Positions 1 to 11,017 of a stretch of 64,000 nucleotides of DNA are shown here, in pieces. Each line of letters starts with the position of its first letter. Position 1 is the stretch's first letter. A program made the translations under genes and the position numbers. This DNA is from an uncultured delta proteobacterium (lineage in GTDB: Bacteria; Desulfobacterota; WTBG01; CAIYCZ01), in assembly GCA_963803975.1 (NCBI GenBank), contig CAWDOY010000031.1:1-64000 (forward strand), in the 5' to 3' direction. Below the pieces are notes generated by a model, which was not told the origin of the DNA, ran no database searches, and saw nothing but the letters and a program-made list of their open reading frames with translations.

Positions 1-275
1 GTATGGGCTCGGCCCAGTTTCTGTATTGCCAGATTATCAGAAACAGGGCATCGGGAAGTCTCTTATCAATGAAGGTTTGTCATTGTTAAAAGATATGGGT
101 GGTGAAGGTTGCGCTCTTGTAGGGTATCCAAATTATTACAAACGATTTGGTTTCAAGAATTACCCGGAATTAATTCATGATGGAGTCCCAAGAAGTTTTC
201 CTTGCTTTGCCGTTTACTAAAATGATTCCACAAGGAACTGTTGTTTTTCATGATGGGTTCTTAGCAAATGGCTGA
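1..275 (+). CDS. GNAT N-acetyltransferase (YhbS-like), 3' part, one frameshift
   Basis: LGPVSVLPDYQKQGIGKSLI (acetyl-CoA motif A) and LVGYPNYYKRFGF; continues in another frame as EVFLALPF...VVFHDGFLANG, stop at 273-275. Confidence 0.8.
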
Positions 276-329
276 CAACGTGCTGCAGTAGATTGCGACA
301 GACGCGGCCGATTAACTTGATAGTTAGGT
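270..329 (+). other. Degenerate attC-like site
   Basis: GGCTGAC overlapping the GNAT stop codon ... GTTAGGT (GTTRRRY) at 323-329, about 60 bp. Confidence 0.35.
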
Positions 330-512
330 GCCATTGAGATATGTGGAAGGGGCGGGGACAGCCACTAATAAAAAATAAGCCGTTGCCTCTGGCCTGCGTA
401 ATGAGAATTTTGTATAACCGTCCCCATTAACCTGTTATTATTAAGAAAAGGTGAAACAATTTAATGCGGGAAGTTTCCCTCGTTTTCTGGCAGAGGGAAT
501 AGAAAGCAGGTA

Positions 513-1271
513 ATGTATTCTGTACATCATGGAGGTTTGATCATGAGATACCATCAATCTATCACTATTGTCCTGGCGGTGTTTTGCTTGTCTGTTTTTT
601 TATTCGCGGGATGCGGCCAGAAGGAAGATAAAAAGCAAAGCATGACTACCGAACCAAAAGGAGAAAAAGCTATGGCTGCTCAATATTCATTTGATTTCCC
701 GGCTTTAAGTGATGACCATATCCGTCAGAATTATGTATCCGTTCCCTATACCATTCACAAAAACAAGCTTTTTAATTTTTCAGTCCTGATGAACAAAAAC
801 TGGAACGCTGTAAAAGTGGCAGAACCCTCACAAATTCCCCCGGATGGATCTGCGGTTGAAATCGGCCTGTTAAAATTATTTTCGCCAGTCCATGATTCCC
901 AGGGAGATATTAAAGCACAGCTGGTTTTTTACATTGCAGAGATTTCCCCAAAAGTCAGCGCTGCGGAGCATCTGGATAAACAGCTTCCGCTCATATACAA
1001 GGATAAGGGCTTAAAAATCATCCAGGAAAAGACCGTTGATACCAAGCTTGGCCCCAGCAAGGATGTTTTATTTTCATATACCAGTGACAATACATTGTTC
1101 CTGTCGAGAATCTGCGCTTTTAAGGTTAAGGACGATACAAAAGAATATCTGGTCGGCGAAAAACAGCTCCTGTATTTAATCGAGTTGACCACGGAAGAAA
1201 AATATTATGAAGGTTTCGGCGCCGAGGCTTTTCATGCGGCAAAAGTGTCGCTTAATCCGGGCGCCGAGTGA
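513..1271 (+). CDS. Hypothetical lipoprotein
   Basis: 252 aa ORF; hydrophobic signal ending FAGC (lipobox); true start probably the ATG at 543. Confidence 0.7.
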   Translation: MYSVHHGGLIMRYHQSITIVLAVFCLSVFLFAGCGQKEDKKQSMTTEPKGEKAMAAQYSFDFPALSDDHIRQNYVSVPYTIHKNKLFNFSVLMNKNWNAVKVAEPSQIPPDGSAVEIGLLKLFSPVHDSQGDIKAQLVFYIAEISPKVSAAEHLDKQLPLIYKDKGLKIIQEKTVDTKLGPSKDVLFSYTSDNTLFLSRICAFKVKDDTKEYLVGEKQLLYLIELTTEEKYYEGFGAEAFHAAKVSLNPGAE

Positions 1272-1353
1272 AAATACTAAAACACGGGAAAATCCAGGGA
1301 CACTTTCCATAGTATTATTTAGAAACTGTGAAGCAATTTAATATTGGACATCC

Positions 1354-2772
1354 ATGACACAAAGACAGGGCACGAAAATCAGTGCGGCACCGCAGATCAT
1401 CTGGGGTATCCTGGCACTTCTTGTCGGCGCGGCTGCATACAAGATGGCGGCGCTTACGATGCAGGCCTATGCGGACTCTGATAACAGGGTTGTGCCTTTT
1501 CTGGTGATCTGCATCATGTGTATTGTTGTGGCGGCTGTGTTTGGTTTCGCCTCCGTCATGACCGCGGTGGGCAGAAAAGCGCGGAAATCCATCGCCGCAC
1601 GCCGCGCCCTCCACCCGGACGAGCCGTGGCTGTGGGCAGAGGAATGGCAGCAGGGGCGCATCAAGGCCGTCGCCGGCGGTCCGGTTGCGGCTGTACTTAT
1701 CATCTTCGCGGCATTCTGGAACGCGATGGTGATCGGGGCGGCGGTACTGTGCTTCCAGCGCGGAGACCTGCACAGAGTTCCCGTCTGGATTTTTTTTGCC
1801 GTCTTCGCTCTTGCCGGCATTTTTCTCATCGGGCTCGCAGTCTACTTCGTGGCGCAGGGCAGGAAGTTCGACACCGGGGTCTTCCAGATGAGCCGTGTGC
1901 CCGGCATTCTCGGAGGCTCTCTGGAAGGTACCGTTCAGATCCCGCAACAGCTCCCGCCGGATACGGAAGTGAATATAGAGCTGACCTGCGAAAGCATCAG
2001 CGGCACCGGCAGGAACAGCACAACCCGGTGCCTGTTTCAAAAATCAGCAAACCTGCGCGCAGGTGCAGGCCAATTGCCGGTCTTGTTCGAAATCCCCCCT
2101 GATCTGCCGCCCAGCGACAATCCCGATCATCGCGGTACGACCAGGATCCACTGGTGGCTGAAGACCAAGGCCAGCGTTCCCGGCGTGGACTATGCGGACA
2201 TATTCGAGGTCCCGGTCTTTGCGCCCAGCAGCTATCATTCTATTGCTGAGGGAATAGTCGATGCATCGGAGCCCGTCAGCCCGCCTCCTAAGGCCAGGAG
2301 CAAAATCATCGAGTCCAGCGACAGCCGGATGGAAGTGGCACTCCAGGGTGTGCAGTACTGGGGCTGCGGGATTGTGACAGCCCTCCTTTTCCCGCTGATC
2401 GCTTTCCCGGTCGGCTTCGCATTCGAGGGCGGAGCAAGGCTCGGAATCCACATAGCAGGCCTGCTATTGGGTATCGCGACCCTGGCACTGTTGTGCACAA
2501 GTTTCCTGGTGACGCCCGCGCGCATAGAGATCGATCGTGAAGGGCTCCGCATCTACCATGGCAAAGGCCCGCTGCGGCGGACGCGCACGGTCCCGCTCCA
2601 GGATGTGGCGCAGTTCGAGTACGTTTCCTCAGGGGACCCTCCCGCGCAGAGAATCGATGTGTACACACAGGACGGCCGAAGCTATAGAGTCGCAGAGGAT
2701 CTCTCGGGAAGCGAAGAAACAAAGTGGCTCACGATAGAGTTGACCCGCGCTTTCCAGCGTTACCGGGGCTGA
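1354..2772 (+). CDS. Hypothetical multi-pass membrane protein
   Basis: 472 aa with several TM segments (WNA, PDEPWLW motifs); GC-richer than its flanks. Confidence 0.75.
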   Translation: MTQRQGTKISAAPQIIWGILALLVGAAAYKMAALTMQAYADSDNRVVPFLVICIMCIVVAAVFGFASVMTAVGRKARKSIAARRALHPDEPWLWAEEWQQGRIKAVAGGPVAAVLIIFAAFWNAMVIGAAVLCFQRGDLHRVPVWIFFAVFALAGIFLIGLAVYFVAQGRKFDTGVFQMSRVPGILGGSLEGTVQIPQQLPPDTEVNIELTCESISGTGRNSTTRCLFQKSANLRAGAGQLPVLFEIPPDLPPSDNPDHRGTTRIHWWLKTKASVPGVDYADIFEVPVFAPSSYHSIAEGIVDASEPVSPPPKARSKIIESSDSRMEVALQGVQYWGCGIVTALLFPLIAFPVGFAFEGGARLGIHIAGLLLGIATLALLCTSFLVTPARIEIDREGLRIYHGKGPLRRTRTVPLQDVAQFEYVSSGDPPAQRIDVYTQDGRSYRVAEDLSGSEETKWLTIELTRAFQRYRG

Positions 2773-3027
2773 TTTCCGTCGCTGGTGTCCCCGGATTTCG
2801 CTTGCTCCAGGCATTGCCCGGCGTTCGATTGAAGAGGGAAATAGTATAACATTATTGGCGACGGTTCTAATTATCATAATGCGGCTTATTAAAACCGCTG
2901 CCGGGAGCATCTTACCTGCAGCCGTTCTTTTACCTTACCACTAATCTCCAGACACGAACGCCGGGTCACGAGCCACTGGTCACGTATGTCTTTTTACCTT
3001 TCGCTCCGAACTAACCCCAAAAATTCA

Positions 3028-3057
3028 TTGACAACATTTACCCGGCTACATTAGAAT
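3028..3057 (+). promoter_or_regulatory. Sigma70-like promoter
   Basis: TTGACA-18 nt-TAGAAT upstream of the gene at 3214. Confidence 0.5.
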
Positions 3058-3127
3058 GTTTCAAAATAAGAGGGAAAGTATAATGTTAAGAAAGATAGAG
3101 GGCTCGGTAAATATTCGCGAAGTTATG

Positions 3128-3164
3128 AACCTCTGTCAGCAGGGATGCTGGTAGAGGTTTTTTT
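3128..3164 (+). terminator. Terminator-like hairpin in a 5' leader
   Basis: AACCTCTGTCAGCA...TGCTGGTAGAGGTT followed by a T run, between the promoter and the CDS. Confidence 0.55.
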
Positions 3165-3213
3165 ATTTGTTGTGCACGTATAACTTAGAACTAATTCAAA
3201 CAGGAGGTGTGCA

Positions 3214-3951
3214 ATGAAAAAAACAGTAATCACAACAATGCTGGTAGTAAGCGCAACGCTATTAATTGCCTTTGACAGCTTGGCCCAGGGGGATGTCACG
3301 TATCAATGCTGCTGCAACCTGCAGTGCTGCGTTACCTATAATTCATTTACCGATCCGTTCACCATGCAGGAGTGGTGCGGCCCGCTATCTTCCGGCCCGG
3401 ACTGTACTCCCTCGGATATTCTTTTTGAAGACCTGTGCACGTCGGACCTGAACGCGAACTGGCGCTGTATAGAAGCGCGCTTGGCGCTTAAGGAACTCAT
3501 AAGAAAAACCAACCAGGATGTCTTTATCATGTCATTTGATCACTACACCGGCAGCTGCGAGTTTACGGCGGATGTGAAATGTGTTGCGGATTCTCTCATC
3601 GGCGCGGACAACCAGGGCCTGGACATCCTGCGCCAGTTCCGCAATCAGGTGCTGGAAAAAAGCGGGAAGGGGCAGAAGCTTGCAGATGCCTATTACCATT
3701 ACGGCAGTGAGCTCAAGCAGGCGCTTAACGAAAACCCCGGTCTTAAAAACTTTGCAGCGGATTTGCTGGGAAAAGTTATCGTGCGGCTGTTCGCCGTCCT
3801 TGGCAGCAAAGAAGAGCTGCTGACTGATGACATCGCGGGCGACATTGAGATATTTGCCGGCGCGCTTGACGCGGAAGTAACGCACCCGGAGCTGAAGCAG
3901 GTAATTCAGCAGATAAAAAAAGAGGTGCGGGACAAGACCCTGTTTAAATAA
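3214..3951 (+). CDS. Secreted Cys-rich protein with CFI-box-CTERM-like C-terminal domain
   Basis: Signal peptide, CCCNLQCC, C-terminal CVADSL...LDILRQFRNQVL...AYYHYG; RBS AGGAGG. Confidence 0.7.
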   Translation: MKKTVITTMLVVSATLLIAFDSLAQGDVTYQCCCNLQCCVTYNSFTDPFTMQEWCGPLSSGPDCTPSDILFEDLCTSDLNANWRCIEARLALKELIRKTNQDVFIMSFDHYTGSCEFTADVKCVADSLIGADNQGLDILRQFRNQVLEKSGKGQKLADAYYHYGSELKQALNENPGLKNFAADLLGKVIVRLFAVLGSKEELLTDDIAGDIEIFAGALDAEVTHPELKQVIQQIKKEVRDKTLFK

Positions 3952-4104
3952 ATAAGTGCGATTTGATACAATAGATTTTTAAATAAGAGAGAATCGCGGA
4001 CGGCGTTCTTTGTCTTATAATTCACTTGCGGGCGAAAGCTTTTTATGATTTTGTGAAGAGCGTTAAGGAAACAAAACCATACATCATCTCATGGAGGGAA
4101 AAAC

Positions 4105-4440
4105 ATGAAAGCATGGAGAAGGAAAAATCTGTTTGTATCAGGTGTTGTGCTTGCTGCGCTGCTTATGATAAGCCTGACTGTCTCGATTCAGTCCGTTCAG
4201 GCAGCGGGGGAGGCAAAACAATATGTTCAGTTTAATGCCGGGATAACCCTTGCTGATAATCTAACTGCTCTCAAAGGGAAAACCGCAACCATTTACCTGG
4301 CATCAGGCCAGAGCATGACGGGAATCGTGAAGGATGTGAAGGATAACGTTCTCCATCTTGAAAAGATCAGCCAGAAGGAATTTTATGATGCCCTCATCCG
4401 CGTTGACCTGATCAGCGCGATTGAAGCACGTGTCAGGTAA
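4105..4440 (+). CDS. Small secreted hypothetical protein
   Basis: RBS GGAGG, signal peptide, 111 aa. Confidence 0.7.
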   Translation: MKAWRRKNLFVSGVVLAALLMISLTVSIQSVQAAGEAKQYVQFNAGITLADNLTALKGKTATIYLASGQSMTGIVKDVKDNVLHLEKISQKEFYDALIRVDLISAIEARVR

Positions 4441-4471
4441 GAGGTGTGACCTGTCGCAAAGTTAATAAAAA

Positions 4472-4494
4472 CGGGAGGGGTTTCGCCCCTCCCG
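4472..4494. terminator. Hairpin between convergent genes
   Basis: CGGGAGGGG-TTTCG-CCCCTCCCG. Confidence 0.55.
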
Positions 4495-4608
4495 GCATAT
4501 CCCGGTTCAGTAAACTCTTGGTTGCAAAGAGGGCATTGCATGGTGAAGGCAACCAGCCAGTAACTATTAATGACTGTAAATGTCACGGTATGCCATATTC
4601 TCCATCTA

Positions 4609-4959
4609 TCACTGCACCCTTTTATAGGTCTCAACTTTTTTGTCATCAGCAGAGGTAAAGGTCAGCTCATCTCCTTGAGCGTTTAGTGTTCCATGGATAA
4701 TCTCAGGAGAATTCCCCTTGTGTAAAATCTCAAACCGTATGGTGCCCTTCTCCTGAAGAGTATATTTCCCGCTTACCGCCATTCCCATATCGTCAACAGC
4801 ATTGAAGGTGCCGTCTTTTCGGAGTTCTATTGTCGCAGCTTTCCCCACCTCCTGCCACTTCCCTGCAACGTCTTGTTTTTGTGCGCAGGATAAAAGCAAT
4901 GCCAGCGGAAGAACCGCAAACAGAAAATAGTAACTGAATTTAAACATGCCTTTTTGCAT
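4609..4959 (-). CDS. Small lipoprotein
   Basis: LLLSC lipobox; DVAGKWQE...IELRKDGTF...SGKY beta-rich pattern. Confidence 0.7.
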   Translation of the reverse strand: MQKGMFKFSYYFLFAVLPLALLLSCAQKQDVAGKWQEVGKAATIELRKDGTFNAVDDMGMAVSGKYTLQEKGTIRFEILHKGNSPEIIHGTLNAQGDELTFTSADDKKVETYKRVQ

Positions 4960-5239
4960 AACCAGTTGACCTCACTTTCTATTGCACCTGGAAATCTGCC
5001 ACTATTGTTTCTACTGTCGGATGGGTTGGATCATGCTTGCGTTGATTGTCTTCAATGAGTTGTTCTAAGGTCTTTGCTTGAACATCATGCCACAATTCAA
5101 ACGTCTCAAGTTCTTGCCCGGGACATAACCTTGCCAGTTTTTAATCATAGAGCTCTTGCTATATTCTGCATTTAATTAATAAGCATGCTACTGGTCAACG
5201 TACACGCAAATAAATTAAACCCGGCTATGTTGTCTCTGC

Positions 5240-5776
5240 TCACGACATTTCAAGCTGTATCCCCTCAGCAGGTTTAAACTCCCATGCCTCTTTATAGAGC
5301 GTGTCATTATGAATGTTCTTTTTAATAAAGGCATGGAGCTCCGCCTGGGCTGCAAATGTTCTGTCTTTCAGGAGCGGCGAGCCTTTATCAATCATCCACA
5401 TGCGCAGATTTCCCTGCGGGGTAATAACATATTTAAAGAATAAAAAGGTCCGGTTTTTGGGAGCAAGGGAGTCGATGCCTTGAAGGTTTATGACGGCAGC
5501 ATCATCTATTACCGTGATGAAGGCCCGGGCAAGCTGGGCTTCTTGGCCCGGCGTATCGCTGAAAGCGATAACATACTCATGCTCATTAAACTTGCGGATA
5601 ACAATCCGGTATGGGCTGTCATTTTTTTGGCTGGTCTGCTGAATCCAGCTCTTTACCAGCCTTTCATCAATGCGTGACGTATCACTTGATGAGAGGGGAA
5701 ACGGCGACTCATAACAGCCGCAGACAAAAAGAAAACAACATATCGACAACAGAAGCTTTTTTCTTTTCAGTACCAT
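5240..5776 (-). CDS. Hypothetical lipoprotein
   Basis: VCGC lipobox; IDERLVKSW motif. Confidence 0.7.
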   Translation of the reverse strand: MVLKRKKLLLSICCFLFVCGCYESPFPLSSSDTSRIDERLVKSWIQQTSQKNDSPYRIVIRKFNEHEYVIAFSDTPGQEAQLARAFITVIDDAAVINLQGIDSLAPKNRTFLFFKYVITPQGNLRMWMIDKGSPLLKDRTFAAQAELHAFIKKNIHNDTLYKEAWEFKPAEGIQLEMS

Positions 5777-5856
5777 ACGATAACTCCCTTTTATTCAAGC
5801 CGGTGACCAAAGACAGAAGCATGAAAAAGGCCGCTCCTGCATATCCAAAAGAGCTC

Positions 5857-6352
5857 CTATTGCAAAATGACCGTCGTAAATCCTGCCGGCTCGTCAGTAT
5901 ATATTTTAAATGTTCCTTTTGCATTCCCTTCTTTGATATCCGGATTCTTGACGTACTTAAGCACAGGAACTCTGATAGTTGCCCGAATCTATTGAGACCG
6001 TGATCTGACTCGGCGATTTTGGCTGGCCTTTTTCCTTGAAGGCTATCTCGATGGTGTTTTCACCTTCCTTGAGGCAAAACAGCTCTTTCATTTTCTGCTG
6101 CATTTCAGGCGGCAGGGTTTTTATTTTGGGGTCATCTGCAAGAAAAAGCCTGACCGCGTGCGACTGCCCGCCTGTTATCTGGCTTATATGAACTCCGTTG
6201 ATTTTTATGGTAACGTCCCGGTCATAGCCCATGACATTGAGTGATGCATCGAATTCTTTTGCCATACATGCCTCCTCGGTAACTAATAATGTTACTGCTC
6301 CAGTGAAAACAAGAAATAAAATAAGTATTGCTGCGTTAAGGTGTTTCTTCAT
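5857..6352 (-). CDS. Hypothetical exported protein (frameshift near 5975)
   Basis: 131 aa ORF continues in another frame (VPVLKYVKNPDIKEG...VILQ*). Confidence 0.55.
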
Positions 6353-6438
6353 TCCTGTATCCCTCCTGTGATTTGTTCATTTCATTGCTATGACTCTACA
6401 ACTTCAGTTTCTTAAAAGGGAAAAAAGGATTGTCCGAT

Positions 6439-7240
6439 TTACTCCACTGCCGCTTCAATCCGGCGGGCAAGGGCAAGGAGGTCCTGCAGCCGCTCGTGCT
6501 CAAAGGTACGGTCTGCCAGCACAACTGCTCCGCCGGGCCAATGGAAACCCTGACAGGGTTGAAGAGAGGCTTTTTTATCGTGTTCAAGGATTATTGACTG
6601 AATGGACTCATTGACAATTTCTCTTGCCGGGCCAGGGTTTTTGGACAGGACAAGAAATTTCTCCGTGAACGGAGATTCACCCATATCAACTTTGTCCGAA
6701 GTCATCACCTCTGTCCAGTCCCGCGGGACGATCTCCACGGGCACGGTTACGGAGCGAAACCGGTCGGACTGGACCAGGCAGGCAGTCCCATAATAATTAG
6801 AAGTTCTTCCGCTCGCTTGTTTGCGCTTGTATGAGCATTCAAACAGATACAGACTGCGCTGCCCGGTTTCGACGGTCCTGATGTAATACGGATTAAAGTT
6901 AAGGTCCCACCAGATATCCATCGATTCGTTCCTTGAGCCCCTGCGAGTCAAAGCGTGAAAAGCCCCAGCCCTGGGCCTGTGCGTATTCCTGAACTGCCCG
7001 CAGCTCCAGTCGGGCTTCATAACGGGCAAATGCAATCATGCTGGCAATAAAACCGATTATGCCGATGACGATGAGCGGTATTTTATACTTTAACCAGAAG
7101 GGGGCGCTCCATATCTGCCATACGCTGATGCGGTCATAAATAAAGCTAAAAATCACCACACCAAGGAATATAACAAAAATAAACAGGAAGATAGCTAATC
7201 CTAAACCCCACAGGCTTGCCCAGTATTGTGGATCACTCAT
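6439..7240 (-). CDS. Hypothetical membrane protein (frameshifted)
   Basis: TM-containing ORF 6899-7240 joins the soluble part in ORF 6439-7035. Confidence 0.55.
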
Positions 7241-7317
7241 GTGTCATCCCTCTGAGACGCACGTTGGAGAATGGAGAGAAGATAATGCCGCGCGAATTAG
7301 ATCTCACGAATTTTGCC

Positions 7318-7617
7318 TCAATCAAGCGTATCATTAAAATATTCGCGGTGCGCTTCACAGCGGCAATGTTTATCCCAGGACGCGGAACACTTTTTAATAA
7401 GCGCAACTCTCTCATTACCTTTCTGCTCTGGTATGGGGCCGGACAGGTTCATGGTCTCATTGCCGGTAAAGTTATCCCACCAGCTCGCCATTGTGTAAAC
7501 GCGGCACACCGGACACAGGTAATATGAATCGGTATGTTCATCTCCCATGATGCTGCCGGATATGGAGGCAATAAGTTCTTCGCTTAAAAACTCTCTGTTG
7601 CACTCGATGCAGTTCAT
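7318..7617 (-). CDS. Small Cys-rich (zinc-ribbon-like) protein
   Basis: CxxC, CPVC and C...CRCEAH motifs. Confidence 0.65.
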   Translation of the reverse strand: MNCIECNREFLSEELIASISGSIMGDEHTDSYYLCPVCRVYTMASWWDNFTGNETMNLSGPIPEQKGNERVALIKKCSASWDKHCRCEAHREYFNDTLD

Positions 7618-7685
7618 TATCACCTGTAGCAGTTGTGCCTTTTGCTTGGCTGGCACAGCTTTTCTTTAAACGATGAAGAATCTTT

Positions 7686-8042
7686 TTATTTGAAAAACCC
7701 GTCTTTTATAGCTGCAGGCAAAGATATGCATAATCCGATAATGAACATGATCCAGACACCGAAGACGAATCCCTGTTCATGTGCCTGAAGCCATTTTACC
7801 AGAAAGAGCTCCCCATTGCCGATTTTTATCTGCGCAGAAATAAAAAACCTTAGAGCCAGCGGCACTATAGAAAAACCCAGAACACAGAACAGCGCAAAAT
7901 AGAATATCATCACAGCCGAGGTTACATTAGGACTGAGTGTCTTAAATGTTCCGTTGGCTTCAAGAATATTGCCAATGATGGCGCTCACGATCATTAAGAC
8001 AAATGCAGAAGCAAAAATTATCAAGCATATTTTTGTATTCAT
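7686..8042 (-). CDS. Hypothetical membrane protein (3 TM)
   Basis: 118 aa hydrophobic ORF. Confidence 0.7.
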   Translation of the reverse strand: MNTKICLIIFASAFVLMIVSAIIGNILEANGTFKTLSPNVTSAVMIFYFALFCVLGFSIVPLALRFFISAQIKIGNGELFLVKWLQAHEQGFVFGVWIMFIIGLCISLPAAIKDGFFK

Positions 8043-8169
8043 GCTTCACCCCCGATCGTATGATTTGTTTTTTTAATGGCCGTTGCTTAAAATTAAATAA
8101 TATCCTATAGTGGGAGCAACTGGTGCACCCGGTACAGCCTTAAAATGTCATTATCACAGAGATGAAAGT

Positions 8170-8947
8170 ATGCAACAAGAAAAAAACGGCCCGATAAAAT
8201 TAAACTTTTTCAGCCGTTTTATAAGCGTTCTGCCAGAAACACTGCAGCGCAGTCTCTTTTCACTGGTACTGTCAGCATGTTTTGTCTTGCTGGTCTGCTC
8301 GTCCGGTATGGGGAATAGTGTTGGATCAAACATATCGCCCAGGTCTGCAGGACAGAAACGCAGCTAAAGTTATTATTGAACACAGCTAGCAATGAAATGC
8401 AACAATTTACAACATCTCCAGCAAAGACTGCACGATTCAGTGGATTGCCCGCAATTCTGAGATAGGCGTCATAAAATACTGGTCTCAATGCACGCTATCT
8501 TTGGCTGAGCAGCTCCCGCTGCTGGAAAAAATTTGCGCGGAATTCTTCAGCAAAGATAAGAACGCGCAGGCATTTCGCACCCTTTTCTGGGGCAGGCTTG
8601 CGCCCGATGAAGCCAGGCCCGGCCTGCAGGAAATGTCGCTGCGGCTTGCGCTGGCCGCGCATAAATCACCCGGCTGGGATGTAAAGCGGGGAAAGCCGAA
8701 AAACGGAGACATAAACGGGTTTGTCAAAGATCTTGCAAACAGGGAGAATATCTATCCGGAACTGAAGGAGCTGTTTGAGCGTTTTCATAAAAGTATAAAA
8801 TTTTCCTGCGCGGAAAAAGTTCTGGTTCAGAAAGCGGAGAAACTGCCGTTTTTTGACCAGCTTAAAAAGAAGGGTATCAAAGCAGCAGACAAGCTGCCGT
8901 TTGACTGCATGACATGGTTTTCAATATCAGCTGTTTCACAAAAGTAA
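8170..8947 (+). CDS. Hypothetical protein (frameshifted)
   Basis: ORFs 8110-8367 and 8501-8947 appear to be one gene. Confidence 0.45.
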
Positions 8948-9117
8948 TGTTTGCAATGAATGCGGCAAAATATGTATTGACACGCAATTCAGCCCCGTCC
9001 TATACTGACCCAAGTCATAAAATTACTTTTTGTCATCGCAATACTGCAAATCATGATGTCTTTTTAATAGGCTTTTCTAACTATTTCCGTTGATATCAAT
9101 AATCAAGGAGGTGCAAC

Positions 9118-10202
9118 ATGATAGAAAAGGCAAAAAACATTTTATTGGAAAGCAGTTCTTTTGGCAGAAGAAGTTTTATGAAGCTCGCGGGTCTCACCTC
9201 ACTCATCACCGTACTGCCCACCTTCAGGACCAGAGAAGCTCACGCACGATATATCTTAAACAGGAACTGGTGGAAATCGCGCGAGATATACTCCACGGCG
9301 GAGGCTGTAAACAAGACCGTTGAATACTGCAGCAGCACAATCTCAGGCAGGAGAGCGGCGCAGTCTGGTCGAACCTGGATAATATGTGGAGGAAGTTTGA
9401 AGTTCGTGAATTGTCCGATGAGTTTATGAAGTGGGGCTGCTCGGAGAGATATTTTTACTATGATGAGCGGCTGAACGTCGGGGAAGCCGGGCCGCCGACC
9501 ATAATGAAAAACGGGGGCATCCATCACGGCATGGTTGCCACCTATGGCAACTGGACCGGCAGGAAAGACAGCTCATTTCACTTAAACGTTGCTACGAAGG
9601 GCACGGCTCTCTGCCCCTCGCGCGAGACCATACTGGAGCTTCTTCCCGTCCTTGAGAAGTTAAAAGCGGATGACCCGCCCGACAGAATCACGCAGTATTA
9701 TCAAATCATGCAGGGAATTTACAGCGATATAAACAACTTCGACAAGACAAAAATGTTAACCCTTGAGCTCTATACCCAGCCGACACAGGGCACGCTGTAT
9801 GACGCGGGGTACAAGGAGACGCATACCTTCGCCAACATGATGGCAAACCCGATCTGCACCATAGGGTTTATGCAGCAGGAAAGTCCGCAAAAGAATTATT
9901 TTGATCCCGCCGGGAACGGCACCTACAATGATTTTATTTACGGTATTCATTATGAATTAAGGGCGATTCCCAAGGTGATCCACTGCTGGGCGCCTGAAAT
10001 GGGCAATGAATACGATGTGTTCGATTATAAAAAAGCTGAAGATCCCGATGCTATCTTCGGCTACTGGGTCAATTTCCTGCATACCTTCTATCACGGCGGC
10101 AGGGCAAACATCACATCCGTTGTGTACAACGTGTGCGAGCTGTTCAACAATACACCGGCTGACCCGGGAAGGGGGATTCGGGTGGTCCCTGAAATAGGGT
10201 AG
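9118..10202 (+). CDS. Tat-exported protein, possibly FMN-binding split barrel (frameshifted)
   Basis: GRRSFMK twin-arginine motif, RBS AAGGAGG; ETHTFANMMANP...YELRAIP in the 272 aa part. Confidence 0.6.
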
Positions 10203-10449
10203 CCGGGACGGAGAAGCTCATCCGGGATTATCCCCGGAAACAGGAGCAGGAAATAAAGCATAAAACAGGATGCCGGCCTTTGTAGTTGTTCAAGGCCGGC
10301 ATCTTTTCTATACTGCCTGTTGTGTTGTTTAACAGAGGGGGCATATGTCATATTGCTGCTGAGCCTCTGCCGGCATAATCGCTGGCAGGGGCTTTTTTAT
10401 TGACGGAATGATAAAATAATACTACTTCATTTTGTGGAGGTGAATGGTT

Positions 10450-10990
10450 ATGGCACGATTTAACAGTCCCGAAAGTCCCGGCATTTGTGCAGGAGCTGTG
10501 CAGGCGGGGCGGGGTACGTTTACGGACATTTAAGTCTGCTGAGGAATTTGAGCGGGAGGTAAGCAAATTTCTCAAGGCCAATGATATCCTGTATTTGTCC
10601 ACATCAAAAAATGATGTGCCGCGCTGCACGCCGGTCGGCTACTTTCACAGCGGCATGACGGTCTACATTCTCTCTGAAGGCGGCGGGAAGTTCGCCAACC
10701 TGAAGGCAAACCCCAAAGTCTCCTATGCCATCGCCTCGCGTATTGACGGCCGCATGGGCATACTTGAGGTGCGCGGGCTGCAGTGCTGGGGGCAGGCATC
10801 GGTCATTTCCATGAAAGATGAGCCGGAAAAGTTTTCCCGCCTGATGGATGAGCTGGGGCTGACAGAGCGCCTTAAAAAAAGAGGCGAAGAGCTCCCGCCG
10901 TTCAATTACCGGTTTATAAAAATCGTCCCGCATAAAATGCGCATGCTCAACCTGCGCGAGGGAATCTACAACATCACCTGGACAAAATAA
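10450..10990 (+). CDS. Pyridoxamine 5'-phosphate oxidase-family (split barrel) protein
   Basis: LSTSKNDVPRCTPV...SEGGGKFANLKANPKVSY...GLQCWG; start at 10450 needs one indel. Confidence 0.75.
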
Positions 10991-11017
10991 TTCAGCGCAC
11001 CAGTGGAGAAGACCTTG

